The notes: a model not told the origin generated them from the sequence alone. A stretch of DNA of 64,000 bases from Octopus sinensis (GCF_006345805.1 NC_042998.1:3720001-3784000); one strand, 5' to 3'; positions 13,420-26,392 are shown, counted from the stretch's first letter. A program made the numbers and translations.

Positions 13420-14038
13420 ATATTACTACTACTACTACTACTGCTACTACCACCACTGCCACCACCACCACCACCACCACCACTACTACCACTACTACCA
13501 CTACCACCACCACCACTACTACTACTATTGCTACTACCACCACCACCACTACTACTACCACCACTACCACCACCACCACTACTACTACTACCACTACTGC
13601 TACCACCGCCGCCGCCACCACCACCACCACTACTACTACTACCACTACTACCACAACCACCACCACCACTACTACTACTACCACTACTACCACAACCACC
13701 ACCACCACCACTACTACTACTACCACTACTACCACTACTACTACTATTGCTACTACACCACCACCACCACTACTACTACTATTGCTACTACCACCACCAC
13801 CACTACTACTACTACAACTACTACTACCACCGCCGCCGCCGCCACTACTACTACCACTACTACCACAACCACCACCACCACTACTACTACTATTGCTACT
13901 ACCACCACCACCACTACTACTACTACCACTACTACTAGCACTGCCGCCACCACCACCACTACTACCACTACTACCACAACCACCACCACCACTACTACTA
14001 CTATTGCTACTACCACCACCACCACCACTACTACTACC

Positions 14039-14076
<38 letters not shown>

Positions 14077-14155
14077 CACTACTACCACAACCACCACCAC
14101 CACTACCACTACTACCACCACCACCACCACCACTACTACTACTACTACTACTCCA
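13420..14155. repeat. Compound (CAC)n/(TAC)n trinucleotide block
   Basis: About 740 bp of interleaved cac/tac/gcc triplets; source of the poly-Pro/Leu/Val ORFs. Confidence 0.95.
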
Positions 14156-14276
14156 GTTGCAACTGCTGCCATCGCAAACGTTACTTTCCTCTCGTTGCTG
14201 GGGAAGCAAAAACCGTCTTTAATTTGAACATTAGTCTACTCTACTCAAGGTTTAATTATATTTTTCACATTCACAG

Positions 14277-14404
14277 GTTCTCCATGTCAACTTTATTGCA
14301 AAACTCGAGGTGTGAAGCTCTCAGTGCTGAAAGCAGATATGGCAGCTGATGGTACCCGCTGTTCCTTGATTGGTCGTAACATATGCATTAATGGACAATG
14401 CCGG
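14277..14404 (+). CDS. ADAMTS7/12: ADAMTS exon: Cys-rich domain (SSPCQLYCKTRGVKLSVLKADMAADGTRCSLIGRNICINGQCR)
   Basis: Acceptor ttcacag, donor GTAAGA at 14405; 128 nt, phase 1 to 0; PCxLYC, DGTxC and ICINGxC motifs. Confidence 0.95.
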
Positions 14405-14894
14405 GTAAGACAAAACTGTTACACTTAACCCTCACTTCAACTCCAATGCTTCAACTAGCCAACCAACATTTAACTCTGATCTTTGTGGCCTTAAGCAGAT
14501 AATAAAGATAAATCATCCACTGTAATGTGGTTTCTCAGAATTTGTAATTACCTGATTTATAGAAGAACAGACACCTGCTTTCTGACGAGTTAAACTGAAA
14601 TAATAAATAAAGCAGTTTCTCTCTCTCTTGGTGATGTAACAATGTAAACAAGATGAACACAGCATTATAAGAATTCAGAGTTCAAGAGCCAAGGATATTT
14701 TATGTCTATAGAGTCCCACTCCAAATTTTTATTAAATTATAAATTCTTTTATATTTATAAAATGTATGTGGGGGAGAGGGGAAAAGCAAGAAACTGAGGC
14801 TTCTTGAACACCCACACACACATTATAGCTCTAGATCAACTAAAGCCTTGTGAGTGGATTTGGTAGACAGAAACTGAAAGTTGTCTGTTGTATG

Positions 14895-14929
<35 letters not shown>

Positions 14930-15981
14930 TCGTCATCATCGTTTAACGTCTGCTTTCTATACTAGCATGGGTTGGACGATTTTGACTGAGGGCTGGCAAA
15001 CCAGATGGCCGCACCAGGCTCCAATCTTGATCTGGCAGAGTTGCTACAGCTCGATGCTCTTCCTAATGCCAACCACTCTGAGAGTGTAGTGGGTACTAGA
15101 AATGACCTTGCTCGAATCTTTTTACACATGCCACCAGCACAGGTGCTAGTAAGGCGACGCTGGTAACGATCACGCTCGAATGGTGCCTTTTACGTGCCAC
15201 CAACACGGAAGCCAGTTAGCTGCTCTGGCAACGATCACGCTCGGATGGTGCCAACATACTTCTTTTAGTTTCTGTCCACCAAATCCCTTCACAAAGCTTT
15301 GGTTGATTTGGAGCCATAATAGAAGACACTTGCCCCAGTAGCTACACAGGTATTGAACCCACAAACACGTGGTTGGGAGAATGTGTGTATAGCTTTCCCC
15401 AGTATATATTGGTAAAAGGTATAACCATTAATGAAAGAACAAACAAACTGGTGTATTTGAAGAGAACAACCTTGTGACATTTAATCTACCTGTGTTGCAC
15501 AGGTATTTTCTTGTCATTATCGTCTTTGAAAGTGCAGTGATCCATTTGGAAACCTATCCTCAACAATTCTATTGCTCATGAAATATATGGTATAAAATAT
15601 ATAAGGCATCAAGTAAGGTTACTCTAGGATGGTTTTACTTATTGTCTTTATTCTCAAGATCATGGGAGTATTTTTGATGCATTGCTACGTAGGAATGGAA
15701 CTTTTGACAATTGTGCAGTACAGTACCCTATTTCATATAATTATGTTATAGTCCAGCGGAGAAAATGGGTGTTGATGAAGACGATATGTGGACTGAAGTA
15801 GAGCAAGTCAAGTACTTTTGTTAGGAACTATATATTAGTCTTAGTGACAGAATGTGAACCATCACAACCTATCGTCCATATTGCCTAAGTGCATCTTTCA
15901 TACAAGAATAATCAGAGGTTTCTAGCTTGGCAAGTGAATTGATGTTTCTTGCTCAAGATTAAATTTATATTGACAATGGTA

Positions 15982-16383
15982 TAGGCGTAGGAGTGGCTGT
16001 GTGGTAAGTAGCTTGCTTACGAAACACATGGTTCTGGGTTCAGTCCCACTGCGTGGCACCTTGGGCAAGTGTCTTCTACTATAGCCTCAGGCCAACCAAA
16101 GCCTTGTGAGTGGATTTGGTAAATGGAAACTGAAAGAAGCCCATCATATATATATGTATGTGTGTGTGTATATGTTTGTGTGTCTGAGTTTGTCCCCTAA
16201 CATCACTTGACAACCGATGCTGGTGTGTTTATGTCCCTGTAACTTAGCGGTTTGGCAAAAGAGACCGATAGAATAAGTACTAGGTTTACAAAGAATAAGT
16301 CCTGGGATAGATTTGCTCGACTCAAGGCGGTGCTCCAGCATGGCCACAGTCAAATGACTGAAACAAGTAAAAGAGTAAAAGAG
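15982..16383 (+). mobile_element. tRNA-derived SINE family A (CORE-like centre, internal TA/TG microsatellite), full length
   Basis: A/B-box-like head (gtggctgtgtggtaag...gggttcagtccc), ggcaccttgggcaagtg core, (aaaagagt)n tail, TSD CAATGGTA. Other copies at about 279-616, 1392-1805, 2560-2866, 11167-11923, 36917-37333, 56530-56929, 59394-59995, 62035-62452 and 63464-63880. Confidence 0.85.
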
Positions 16384-16447
16384 CAATGGTAAGTACTTAT
16401 AAATTATATGGAATTAATAATCAACTGTTTATATAAATTATATAAAA

Positions 16448-16841
16448 CTAGCAGTATCGCACGGCGTTGCTCGGGTTTGTAAGGGAAATAACTATATAAG
16501 CATTTTTAGAGATATAAAGTATAACAGCCATCTCAATATGGCTAACCACAAAGTGGGGGGTGTTACTGTAGCTTTTTACGTTCTGAGATTTAATAATAAA
16601 TTTTTAGAGAGTTACTTCCCTTATATATGCCAAAAATGCATTAAAAATGGAAAAAATTGATGGTAAATTTTTTTTTAAATCGTAGACTCATCGTAGACGT
16701 GCGCTAATACCCAGAAGGGCTCGATGTGAATCACGACTATAAGATACCCGGTTTTGGTTAAACTGCACCGCAAAATGTGGGAGTAGTTAGGAATCTAAAT
16801 CGTAGGAGACAGACACACAACCTTACTTTTATATATAAAGA
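16448..16841 (-). mobile_element. Non-autonomous Helitron, subfamily B
   Basis: Same 3' terminal about 30 bp as subfamily A but different interior; A|TC...CTAG|T. Confidence 0.8.
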
Positions 16842-17083
16842 TTAATAATCACCTACTTCGATTTTATACACGCAAATTTTGAGTCTTTCCACCAATATGA
16901 CAATGATTGTCCTCATTACCATCATCTTCACCACTACCATTGTAATCATCATCATCATCATCAAGTTTCTTCTTGTTGTCAACCTCGTTGTCATTTCCAT
17001 TGCCCATGTCTCCTATTCATATTGCCACTTATACACATTGCATATTCACTGTTGAAAAAAAAAAACTTTCTTCTTCCTTACAG

Positions 17084-17204
17084 CGTGTTGGCTGCGACTG
17101 GGTTCTGGAATCTTCAGCCAAGGAGGACCGATGTGGTGTATGTCATGGAGATGGTTCCACATGCAAGACAATAAAAGATCAATTCAATGAAACTAAAGGC
17201 AGTG
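17084..17204 (+). CDS. ADAMTS7/12: ADAMTS exon: end of Cys-rich domain (RVGCDWVLESSAKEDRCGVCHGDGSTCKTIKDQFNETKGS)
   Basis: Pyrimidine tract plus cag acceptor, donor GTAAGA at 17205; 121 nt, phase 0 to 1; VGCD...EDRCGVCxGDGSTC hallmark. Confidence 0.96.
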
Positions 17205-19719
17205 GTAAGATGTTTTCTTGTCACTTCTGTTTATATTTTGTTTTGTGTCTGATTTCTATAACAGATGTAATACAGCTTTCTATAGTTTTCATATTATTTA
17301 TTTTGTGAGCTGGTAGAATCATTAGCATGCTGGGTGAAATGTTTAGCAGCACTTTGTCAGTCTTTGGGTTCTGAGTTCAAACTCTACTGAGGTCGACTTT
17401 GCCTTTAATCTTTTTGCAGGGTCGATAAACTAAGTACCAGTGAAACACTAGAGTCACTGTAATCAACTAGTCCCCTCTCCTGTCAAACTGTCCAACCCAT
17501 GTATGGAAGACGGACATTAAATAATGATGATGATGATGATAATGATGATGTCAGAATGTCAGAGTAGATGCCTTGCAGTATTTGTTCTGGATCTTTGTAG
17601 TCTGAGTTCAGATCTTTCCATATATTACTTGGTTGGTAAATTTAATCTCTACTGAGTTTAACACTCCCACTGGCATCTTGGATCTTGTTGCAATCATTTA
17701 GATCAGGTCTTTGATCTGTAAAGGCTCGATGATTAATTAAGTCTACTTGCCATCAAATGGAATGCCTGTAAGATATGTAGCATTATATGGTATAGCATCA
17801 TCATCATCATAATCATATTGATGTCTACTTTTCCATACTTGCATGGGTTGGACAGTATTTATTGAGGCAGGTTTTTTTTGGATGGATGCCCTTCCTTTCA
17901 CCAGCCCTCACTTGATTTCAAGTAAGCAAGTTTTCATGAAAGATTGGAAAGGACAAACACCACTTGCATGATGGTGACACTCATTTACAACTATCGCGTG
18001 ATGTCAAGGTCATATTTATGCTACCTGTTCAGTCTCAGATCAACCCTGACTGAGCAGACTATCCAACCATGACTTTTGTCTTTTTTTTTTCTACTTGCAA
18101 GGAACCTGGGGCCATATCTGCTAACTTTTTCTTAAGCTGGCAGGATATTATTTGTGGTAGACTTGGCTTCTTCATTGGCTCAATATATATTGTGGATATG
18201 TAAGTTGGCAAACCAATATACCTGAGTCTCGAAAAAACTGTATTATTTGTGTATATGAATAGATACTAGCAATCCTCAGTCGATGAAAAGCTGACAAAGA
18301 TAGCAATATAAATTAAGACACTACAGATAAAATTTAATTACATAGTTGCCTAATACCAGCCACCGTAATTAATTAAATGTCTGTATAAATACCTGAGATA
18401 ATTTGTAATTAATACAATTATAAGTTTTTGGATTATTAAACCAGAAACTTTTTTCTTTATACTAAGATATACACTATGTTTTGATTAGCTAATTACTGAT
18501 CATCAGATGTCTTATTCCTAAATGTGAAAACAGAAACTAATAGATTTGATCTATGAATCTTCTCAGTTCTCTGCATACATTCAGGAATAAAACAACTGAC
18601 AAAGATCGGAGATGAAATTGATGGAAATAAAATGTAGAAATTTTTCATTTTCATTTTTATGGCCATATTTTTTCCTCAAAGTTTGGTCAAGAAGTATTGC
18701 TTCGGTATTCTATGGCTGGATGCACTCCCTGAAGCCAATCTGTATTTGTTTTCAGTTAATATAATTTCTTCCCACAAGTTTTCATATACTGAAATATTGG
18801 TCTATGTGATGCCTTGATTGTAATGGGCATAGGAGTAGATCACTAGTGTCACCAGTGTCAATATGAAGATAGGCAGAGACAAATACATACATTTTCACTC
18901 ATACACGCACACACTCTCATTCATACATTCATACATACATGCATTTCATTCATTCATTCATAACTGTGTATCAGTATGTGTATAATGATCATCTTTACAG
19001 TTTCTGTTCATTAAATTTCACTCAGAGGCATTGATTAACCTGGGGTTGTAGAAGAGGACACTTATCCAAGACTGTAAGACTAGATCAGAAGCCATATGGT
19101 TGTGAAAATAATCTCTTAAATACACAGCCATGCCAGTGCTGATATACATAGATGTATGCCATCATCATCTAACATTTGTTTTCCATGCTGGCATAGTTTG
19201 GATGGTTTGACTGGGGACTAGTAAGCCAGGAGACTGCACCATTCTTTGCTACCAGTTGTCTAGCAAGAAGAAAAAGACTAGTCAATACACGATATATTAT
19301 TCATATAAAAATACAGTGTACATTTAAACACACAAGAGATGGCCATAACAGGACATCTGACCCACTAGAAGGAGTAGTTAAACTCCAAACCACTATTAGG
19401 TGTAATTTTGAAAAGGAATGAAAAATAAAAACATTTACCCTTTATTTCCTGTACCATGGTTTCAAGCAATATTCAGCAAATAAAATAATTTACTTGGTGA
19501 AGCTCTTGTCAGCAGGAAAGCCAAAATTAACATATAAAAATGGGGCGATACAGAATATGCCTTGTGTTTATATGTTATAATTTTTCAAAATCCACCTCAC
19601 AAGCATGTTTTTTTATCGGCAGCAAATACAAAAAATGCCGATTTTCTTCCAAAATTAGCCAAAAATCATTATATCATTATCAATAAATTCCAGGGTAGCA
19701 ATAAAATTTAGAAAATTTT

Positions 19720-20175
19720 TATGTATAATGGAGTTTGATTTCGCTGCCCTTGTCTGTACCTCATATAGGACTGTTGGTTCATCTGATATTGTGGAGGAGA
19801 AGATGTCTAATTCCTTTTTGAAGACGTCTACTTTCACCTTATGCAAATTACTTAATTCTTGTGGCTGGGCATTGAAGATCTGTGGGCCTTTGAACTGTAG
19901 ACTGTTGCAATACATGAGCCTGAATTTAGATGGAGTAGATGGTACCTTTGGTACAGTACAATGGTGGCCAGTTCTGGCATTTGTATAACACTCAATGCTA
20001 AAGTTTGGTAGTAGCTCTTCTAGGATTTTCCATATGTATATTATTACATATCTCTCATGGCTTTGCACTAGGGAGTAAAGCTGTAGTTTTCTGAGCCTAT
20101 CTCTGTAGTTCATACACTGCACTATTTCAATCTTTTTAGTGTAGTCGCATTGGACTGCTTCAAGCTCTGCCATTT
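19720..20175 (-). mobile_element. Degenerate CR1/L2-type LINE C-terminal fragment (different family)
   Basis: LEAVQ..YTKKI, YRDRLRKLQLYSL, ERYVIIYIWKILE, FKGPQIFN and VDVFKKELD post-RT motifs in ORF 19655..20194. Confidence 0.8.
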
Positions 20176-20566
20176 GTTTGGCTACTGATATCATTCTGTG
20201 CTATCAAAGATAATTCCGAAATAATAGTCACCATCTTTATAGCACATTCGATCTAGTACATGGAGCTTCATCAGAGTGAATACAAATACATAAAATATAT
20301 AAAACAAAATAAATGAAGAGAAGAGGGAAGCAGAAAGAAATGGGCCTCGAGATGAGGCCAGAAGGCTCAATATATTAGAATCATACCATATTGCATTATG
20401 AAGCTTGAAGTCGACAGGAAAAATAGTGAGCAAACAAATGAGCTTGAGAAATAATTGATGGGTCATCTCTTTACGTAGGGTTTCCAAGGTGTATGAATAG
20501 TCGTAGGATAAAACTAGTGCTAAAGTAAAACAGGAATCCCCAATATGTCAACAACCTGAATAGCAC

Positions 20567-20792
20567 TTATGATTTCATAAACAGAGCTAATTAATATTTA
20601 TCCAAAACCAAAACTGTGGAGTGTTTATAATGGAGTACTTACCGAAATATTCTAGAGACCGAACACCTGTTGTCCACAATGGTACAACAGGTGTTTGGTA
20701 TCTAGAATATTTCATTAAGTACACCATTATAAAAAAGCTCTACGGGTTTGGTATTGGTTAAATATTAATTAGCTCTATTTACGAAATCATAA
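20567..20792. repeat. About 226-bp imperfect palindrome
   Basis: About 107-bp arms (e.g. gaaatattctaga/tctagaatatttc, acacctgttgt/acaacaggtgt) around a 10-nt loop at 20674-20683. Confidence 0.88.
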
Positions 20793-20859
20793 TTATTATA
20801 TACACACAGACAGACATACATACACATTCTCAGTTTTATATATATAGATGTGTGTGTAC

Positions 20860-20896
<37 letters not shown>

Positions 20897-21363
20897 AATG
20901 AATCTATGTATATAAAAATGTGAATGTGTGTTTGTCTATCTGTCTATCCATCTGTGCATCTGTATGTGTGGATCATTAAACTCAGGAACTACCCAACCAA
21001 TTTCATTCAAATTTTACACATGCCTTACTTAATGTCCATGCAGTGTCATGGGCTGCAAATAATTTTCAACTTCTCGCTTAATTCGAGCCCGAAGCAATCT
21101 CTTATTTCTTACACTAATTCAGTATTACGTGTCAAAAGTGAAACAATAACTTCTCTATTGTAATGTGAGATACTTTCAGTTTTAATACTTTCACTGTTAT
21201 ATAAATTTAACTATTAATATTGAAACTATTAAAAGGGATACTTATCTCACTTACATATATACATGCATACACACACAAGTTTTTATCTATATATATGCAT
21301 GTATATATGTGTATATACATCTGCACATATATATGTATATATATAGATGCATATGTATATGCG

Positions 21364-21401
<38 letters not shown>

Positions 21402-21458
21402 ATATATAGATGTATATATATTTTATTTAGATTTATGTATATATATTTTATTTAGATT

Positions 21459-21490
<32 letters not shown>

Positions 21491-21516
21491 TAAATAAATG
21501 AATATAAATGTATATA

Positions 21517-21568
<52 letters not shown>

Positions 21569-22295
21569 GAGCCCGGCAGCATTTGAATTCAGGGCGTAAA
21601 GACAGACAAAATGCTGCTAAGCATTTTGCCCAATGTGTTAATGATTTTGTCAGCTCACAGCCTTAGAAGACAGTAATATTGACTTAAAGCAAATCGTCTC
21701 TTGGACTCGTGACCGCTACATCAGATCGAAGGCTATGCATTTGCAATCCAAGTACTTGTAAGGACCATGTGATGTGAGGTAACGAGAATGAGTATTTAGT
21801 ACATTACACAGCCCTTACCATAAATATAAAAGGAATAATACATATATGTACCAGAGGGAAAAGAGAGACACTGCCGAGTAGAATGTTTAAGAGAAAATCT
21901 ATTGATACGTTAACATGTGTGTTTGTGTGTGCGTCATGTATGCAGAATAATAGACAGGCCTTCATGAAACATAATGTATGTGTGTATAGGCATGGAAGTA
22001 TGCTTGTGTGTTAAGTACATATAAGAATAGTAATGAAGAAGCAAGCAGTGAAAGAGTCTATAATGAGAAGTTAGAAGAATATTCATAGACACAAGAATGA
22101 GAATACCAGTTCGTAGTCAATCGTACACGGTAGTTGAAAAACTGTATCAAGAAGTTGCGGCCATGACACTGAGCCGGTTGCGGTACATGTTGTACGTGAA
22201 GTTGTGGCTGTGATGCTGCTGCCTGGGTCACTTGGTACAGGAGTTCTCGCAGGTTGTATACTTGCTGTTGATCCATGGTGAAGTAATTCATGAAT

Positions 22296-22673
22296 GTGGA
22301 GGCGCAATGGCCCTGTGGTTAGGGCAGCGGACTCGCGGTCATAGGATCGCGGTTTTGATTCCAGACCGGGCGTTGTGAGTGTTTATTGAGCGAAAACACC
22401 TAAAAGCTCCACGAGGCTCCGGCAGGGGATGGTGGTGATCCCTGTTGTACTCTTTCACCACAACTTTCTCTTACTTCCTGTTTCTGTTGTACCTGTATTT
22501 CAAGGGGCTCGCCTTGTCACTCTCTGTGTCACGCTGAATATCCCCGAGAACTACGTTAAAGGTGCACGTGTCTGTGGAGTGCTCAGCCACTTGCACGTTA
22601 ATTTCACGAGCAGGCTGTTCTGTTGATTCGGATCAACCGGAACCCTCATCGTCGTAACCGACGGAGTGCTTCC
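22296..22673 (+). mobile_element. tRNA-derived SINE family D, tail type 1, with 11-bp TSD
   Basis: Head gtggaggcgcaatggccctgtggttagggcagcgg...; TSD AATTCATGAAT at 22285-22295 and 22674-22684. Confidence 0.88.
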
Positions 22674-22912
22674 AATTCATGAATAGTGAAGTGTTGGAAC
22701 CTGGACGAGTTGCTTGTTGACTTATGTACATAGAGATGTTGACGTTAGGATGACAGTGGTGATGGAGGTCGCCGAATGCTGTTGGACGAAGTTGATGAGT
22801 CTCAGCGTGGCTGCTGTGGTGTTGTCGCTGGAACTGGCTGTGGCTTGTGTGGTCAGTGGCTAGACATTAAAAGACCTGAAACCAAAGACCTCAAGACACG
22901 GAGAAGCTGGAT

Positions 22913-23012
22913 TTTTATAAGGAGTTGTAGGCTCAAAATTGGGTTGAGAACAGGCTGTCTCACGTGATTTTATTTAGAGGCTCCGATCGGTTATATGCTG
23001 CAAATTGGCGCG
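22913..23012 (-). promoter_or_regulatory. Candidate Pol II promoter motif cluster (TATA, two CCAAT, E-box, E2F-like)
   Basis: Minus TATAAAA 22913-22919, CCAAT 22938-22942 and 23004-23008, CACGTG 22961-22966, TTGGCGCG 23005-23012; ATG at 22867. Motifs only, no expression data. Confidence 0.3.
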
Positions 23013-23149
23013 ACATAGTAAAGGACAAATTGTACCAATACCAACCAGAGTAGTGGACACAACTGGGTCCAAGTAGCGGCCAAAGGCTAGCTGTTACCTG
23101 ATACGTTCGGATGCACGTATATATGATAAAGGGGAGAGAGGAATTACAC

Positions 23150-23870
23150 TCGAGTGTTCGCTACAAACTGATTGCTACTAAATACCTAAGAAACACAAGT
23201 GACTGTGAAGCCCTTGGGGTTCCAAGATGCAACCAAAATGTAGATTATGTCATACTTCTCTGGAAGACCTCACACATGTGGTTAGCAGCTACCCAAAAAT
23301 GACAGCAAGCTACCATCTACTTATGCGGCACAACTTTGTTGCAAAAACAGTATATAATGGCGGTGCCCCAGCATGGCCACAGCTCATAAGCTGAAACTAG
23401 AATCAATCAATCAATCAATGCCATCCGGAAAAAAGACTGTCTTGGAATAAATATAGATAATATCCTTGTTATTGAATACATACAGAAACATCACAAGGAA
23501 TACTGGTGGAATATTTCCATCAAAGCATTAGTCAAGTGTAAGCATAACAAACCGGATATCATTGCTTGGGACAAACAAGAAAATGTATGTAGCGTCATAG
23601 AGGTCGTCTGTCCTGCTGATGTGTAAATCTCTTTGAAAATCAATTAGAAAGGGGATAACTATGGATAACTTCTTCGAAACCTCCAGTTACATCCAGATTA
23701 CGAATTTACGTTTACAGCAATAATAATAATTGGTGCACTTGTTTTTTTTTTTTTGTGAGTAAATGCCTAACTGACAGTGTGCGCAAGCTTGGATTTTCAG
23801 AAGAGGAAATCAGTCAACTAATTCGCATATTATAAATACAATGCAACACTTTTCTCAAGTTTAAAATGTG
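23150..23870 (+). mobile_element. Degenerate R4/Dong-like LINE fragment (zinc knuckle plus restriction-like endonuclease)
   Basis: IATKYL..CRLCHTSLEDLTHVVSSYPKM..RHNFVAKTVYNAIRKKDC, then EYWWNISIK..HNKPDIIAWDK..IEVVCPADV..IGAL; multiple stops; interrupted at 23359-23419. Confidence 0.8.
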
Positions 23871-24043
23871 ACATTGTTTTCGTTATCTACATTCCAACGA
23901 CGGAGCTTTGTATCTTTGTTAGAAAGCAGCTCCTTCCTCAGATGAATAATTTAAATAATTAAAAACAGAAGATAACCTGCGCGTGTGCACACGCACACAT
24001 ACATATATGCAAAATATATATCCTTACATATGTATGTGTGCAT

Positions 24044-24080
<37 letters not shown>

Positions 24081-24091
24081 ATCTCTCTATA

Positions 24092-24154
<63 letters not shown>

Positions 24155-24157
<3 letters not shown>

Positions 24158-25219
24158 TGTGTTTGACGCATAAATACACGAAGCACTGTTTTTGCTTGTA
24201 CTTGCCCTCCTGTCTTACTATCATTGATAAATCACAGATGTGGTTGCATGCGGTATTACACACACACACAACCGCACATACATTCATGCATATTTATACA
24301 CACCTATTTATTTCTTCTTAACAAATCATTTTGTATATACAAATAAAACATATAATAAGATGTACAAAACAAGTTTCAAACAGAATACAAGAGACATTTG
24401 TAAAGAAACAGCTGGACTTCTTTATATCATTATCTAGCAAGAGACTGTGGTGTTCTGAGATAATTTAACATTTCTTTCATGAAAACACATGATTCATGCT
24501 AGACGATTCCATGTGTGTGTGTGTGTGTGTGTGTGGTCATTAATTTAAGAGGGAGGGACAAAAGCCATAGCTGGAAATGTTACTTCTCATATCAACTCAT
24601 AAACTACTAATTATCTGCTGCTCTCGCTTGATGTCGTTTATTTTCTTTTACTATTAGTTAAACCGAAGGAGAGCTGCAGTTCCCGTAGCTGCTATGATCC
24701 CTCAAGGACTATTAGATGGAATAACAGCATGGTGTTTATGTGGTTAAGATGCTGCATTCATTTACGAAAATGCTATGAACAATAACTGGCCAATATGATG
24801 TCTCTTCTCTACAGCCACCCTACCACTACTACAACGGTCTCTGCTTCTCTATCCCCTTCTAAACACATAGCTATACCTATCATAGCAAAGCCTGCATGAT
24901 GTACTTATATTTCCTCTCTAAAGCAATAAGACATTCTCCAAGGAGTCGTTCAACATGCTAAAATTACCAGGAAAAAAATAGGACACGTTGGAGTTCATTT
25001 TGTTTCCCAAAACATTTTCAGAGCAATTCTCTTAAATGAAAAGTTTGGCTCCAGATTTTCAAATTCCTTATACATGCTCATCTATCTGTGATTGTGTGTG
25101 TGTTTTTTCTATCCTTAACTTTCTCTTATTTTGGTTTTTATAACCTTTACTTACAGCAGGTCATACACTGACCAAGTGGCCCCTTCTTCATCATCATCAT
25201 CATATATATATATATATAT

Positions 25220-25280
<61 letters not shown>

Positions 25281-26346
25281 TCCTGTGTTTGACGCATAAA
25301 TACACGAAGCACTGTTTTTGCTTGTACTTGCCCTCCTGTCTTACTATCATTGATAAATCACAGATGTGGTTGCATGCGGTATTACACACACACACAACCG
25401 CACATACATTCATGCATATTTATACACACCTATTTATTTCTTCTTAACAAATCATTTTGTATATACAAATAAAACATATAATAAGATGTACAAAACAAGT
25501 TTCAAACAGAATACAAGAGACATTTGTAAAGAAACAGCTGGACTTCTTTATATCATTATCTAGCAAGAGACTGTGGTGTTCTGAGATAATTTAACATTTC
25601 TTTCATGAAAACACATGATTCATGCTAGACGATTCCATGTGTGTGTGTGTGTGTGTGTGTGGTCATTAATTTAAGAGGGAGGGACAAAAGCCATAGCTGG
25701 AAATGTTACTTCTCATATCAACTCATAAACTACTAATTATCTGCTGCTCTCGCTTGATGTCGTTTATTTTCTTTTACTATTAGTTAAACCGAAGGAGAGC
25801 TGCAGTTCCCGTAGCTGCTATGATCCCTCAAGGACTATTAGATTGGAATAACAGCATGGTGTTTATGTGGTTAAGATGCTGCATTCATTTACGAAAATGC
25901 TATGAACAATAACTGGCCAATATGATGTCTCTTCTCTACAGCCACCCTACCACTACTACAACGGTCTCTGCTTCTCTATCCCCTTCTAAACACATAGCTA
26001 TACCTATCATAGCAAAGCCTGCATGATGTACTTATATTTCCTCTCTAAAGCAATAAGACATTCTCCAAGGAGTCGTTCAACATGCTAAAATTACCAGGAA
26101 AAAAATAGGACACGTTGGAGTTCATTTTGTTTCCCAAAACATTTTCAGAGCAATTCTCTTAAATGAAAAGTTTGGCTCCAGATTTTCAAATTCCTTATAC
26201 ATGCTCATCTATCTGTGATTGTGTGTGTGTTTTTTCTATCCTTAACTTTCTCTTATTTTGGTTTTTATAACCTTTACTTACAGCAGGTCATACACTGACC
26301 AAGTGGCCCCTTCTTCATCATCATCATCATATATATATATATATAT

Positions 26347-26388
<42 letters not shown>

Positions 26389-26392
26389 TATA
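24155..26392. repeat. Direct tandem duplication, unit about 1126 bp
   Basis: Identical ORFs at 24240 and 25366 (offset 1126) and at 25147 and 26274 (offset 1127); junctions lie inside (TA)n. Confidence 0.95.

Noticed and set aside
13333-14222. Poly-Pro/Leu and poly-Ser/Gly/Val ORFs up to 269 aa
   Set aside because: They coincide exactly with the (CAC/TAC)n block; no splice signals or domain content.
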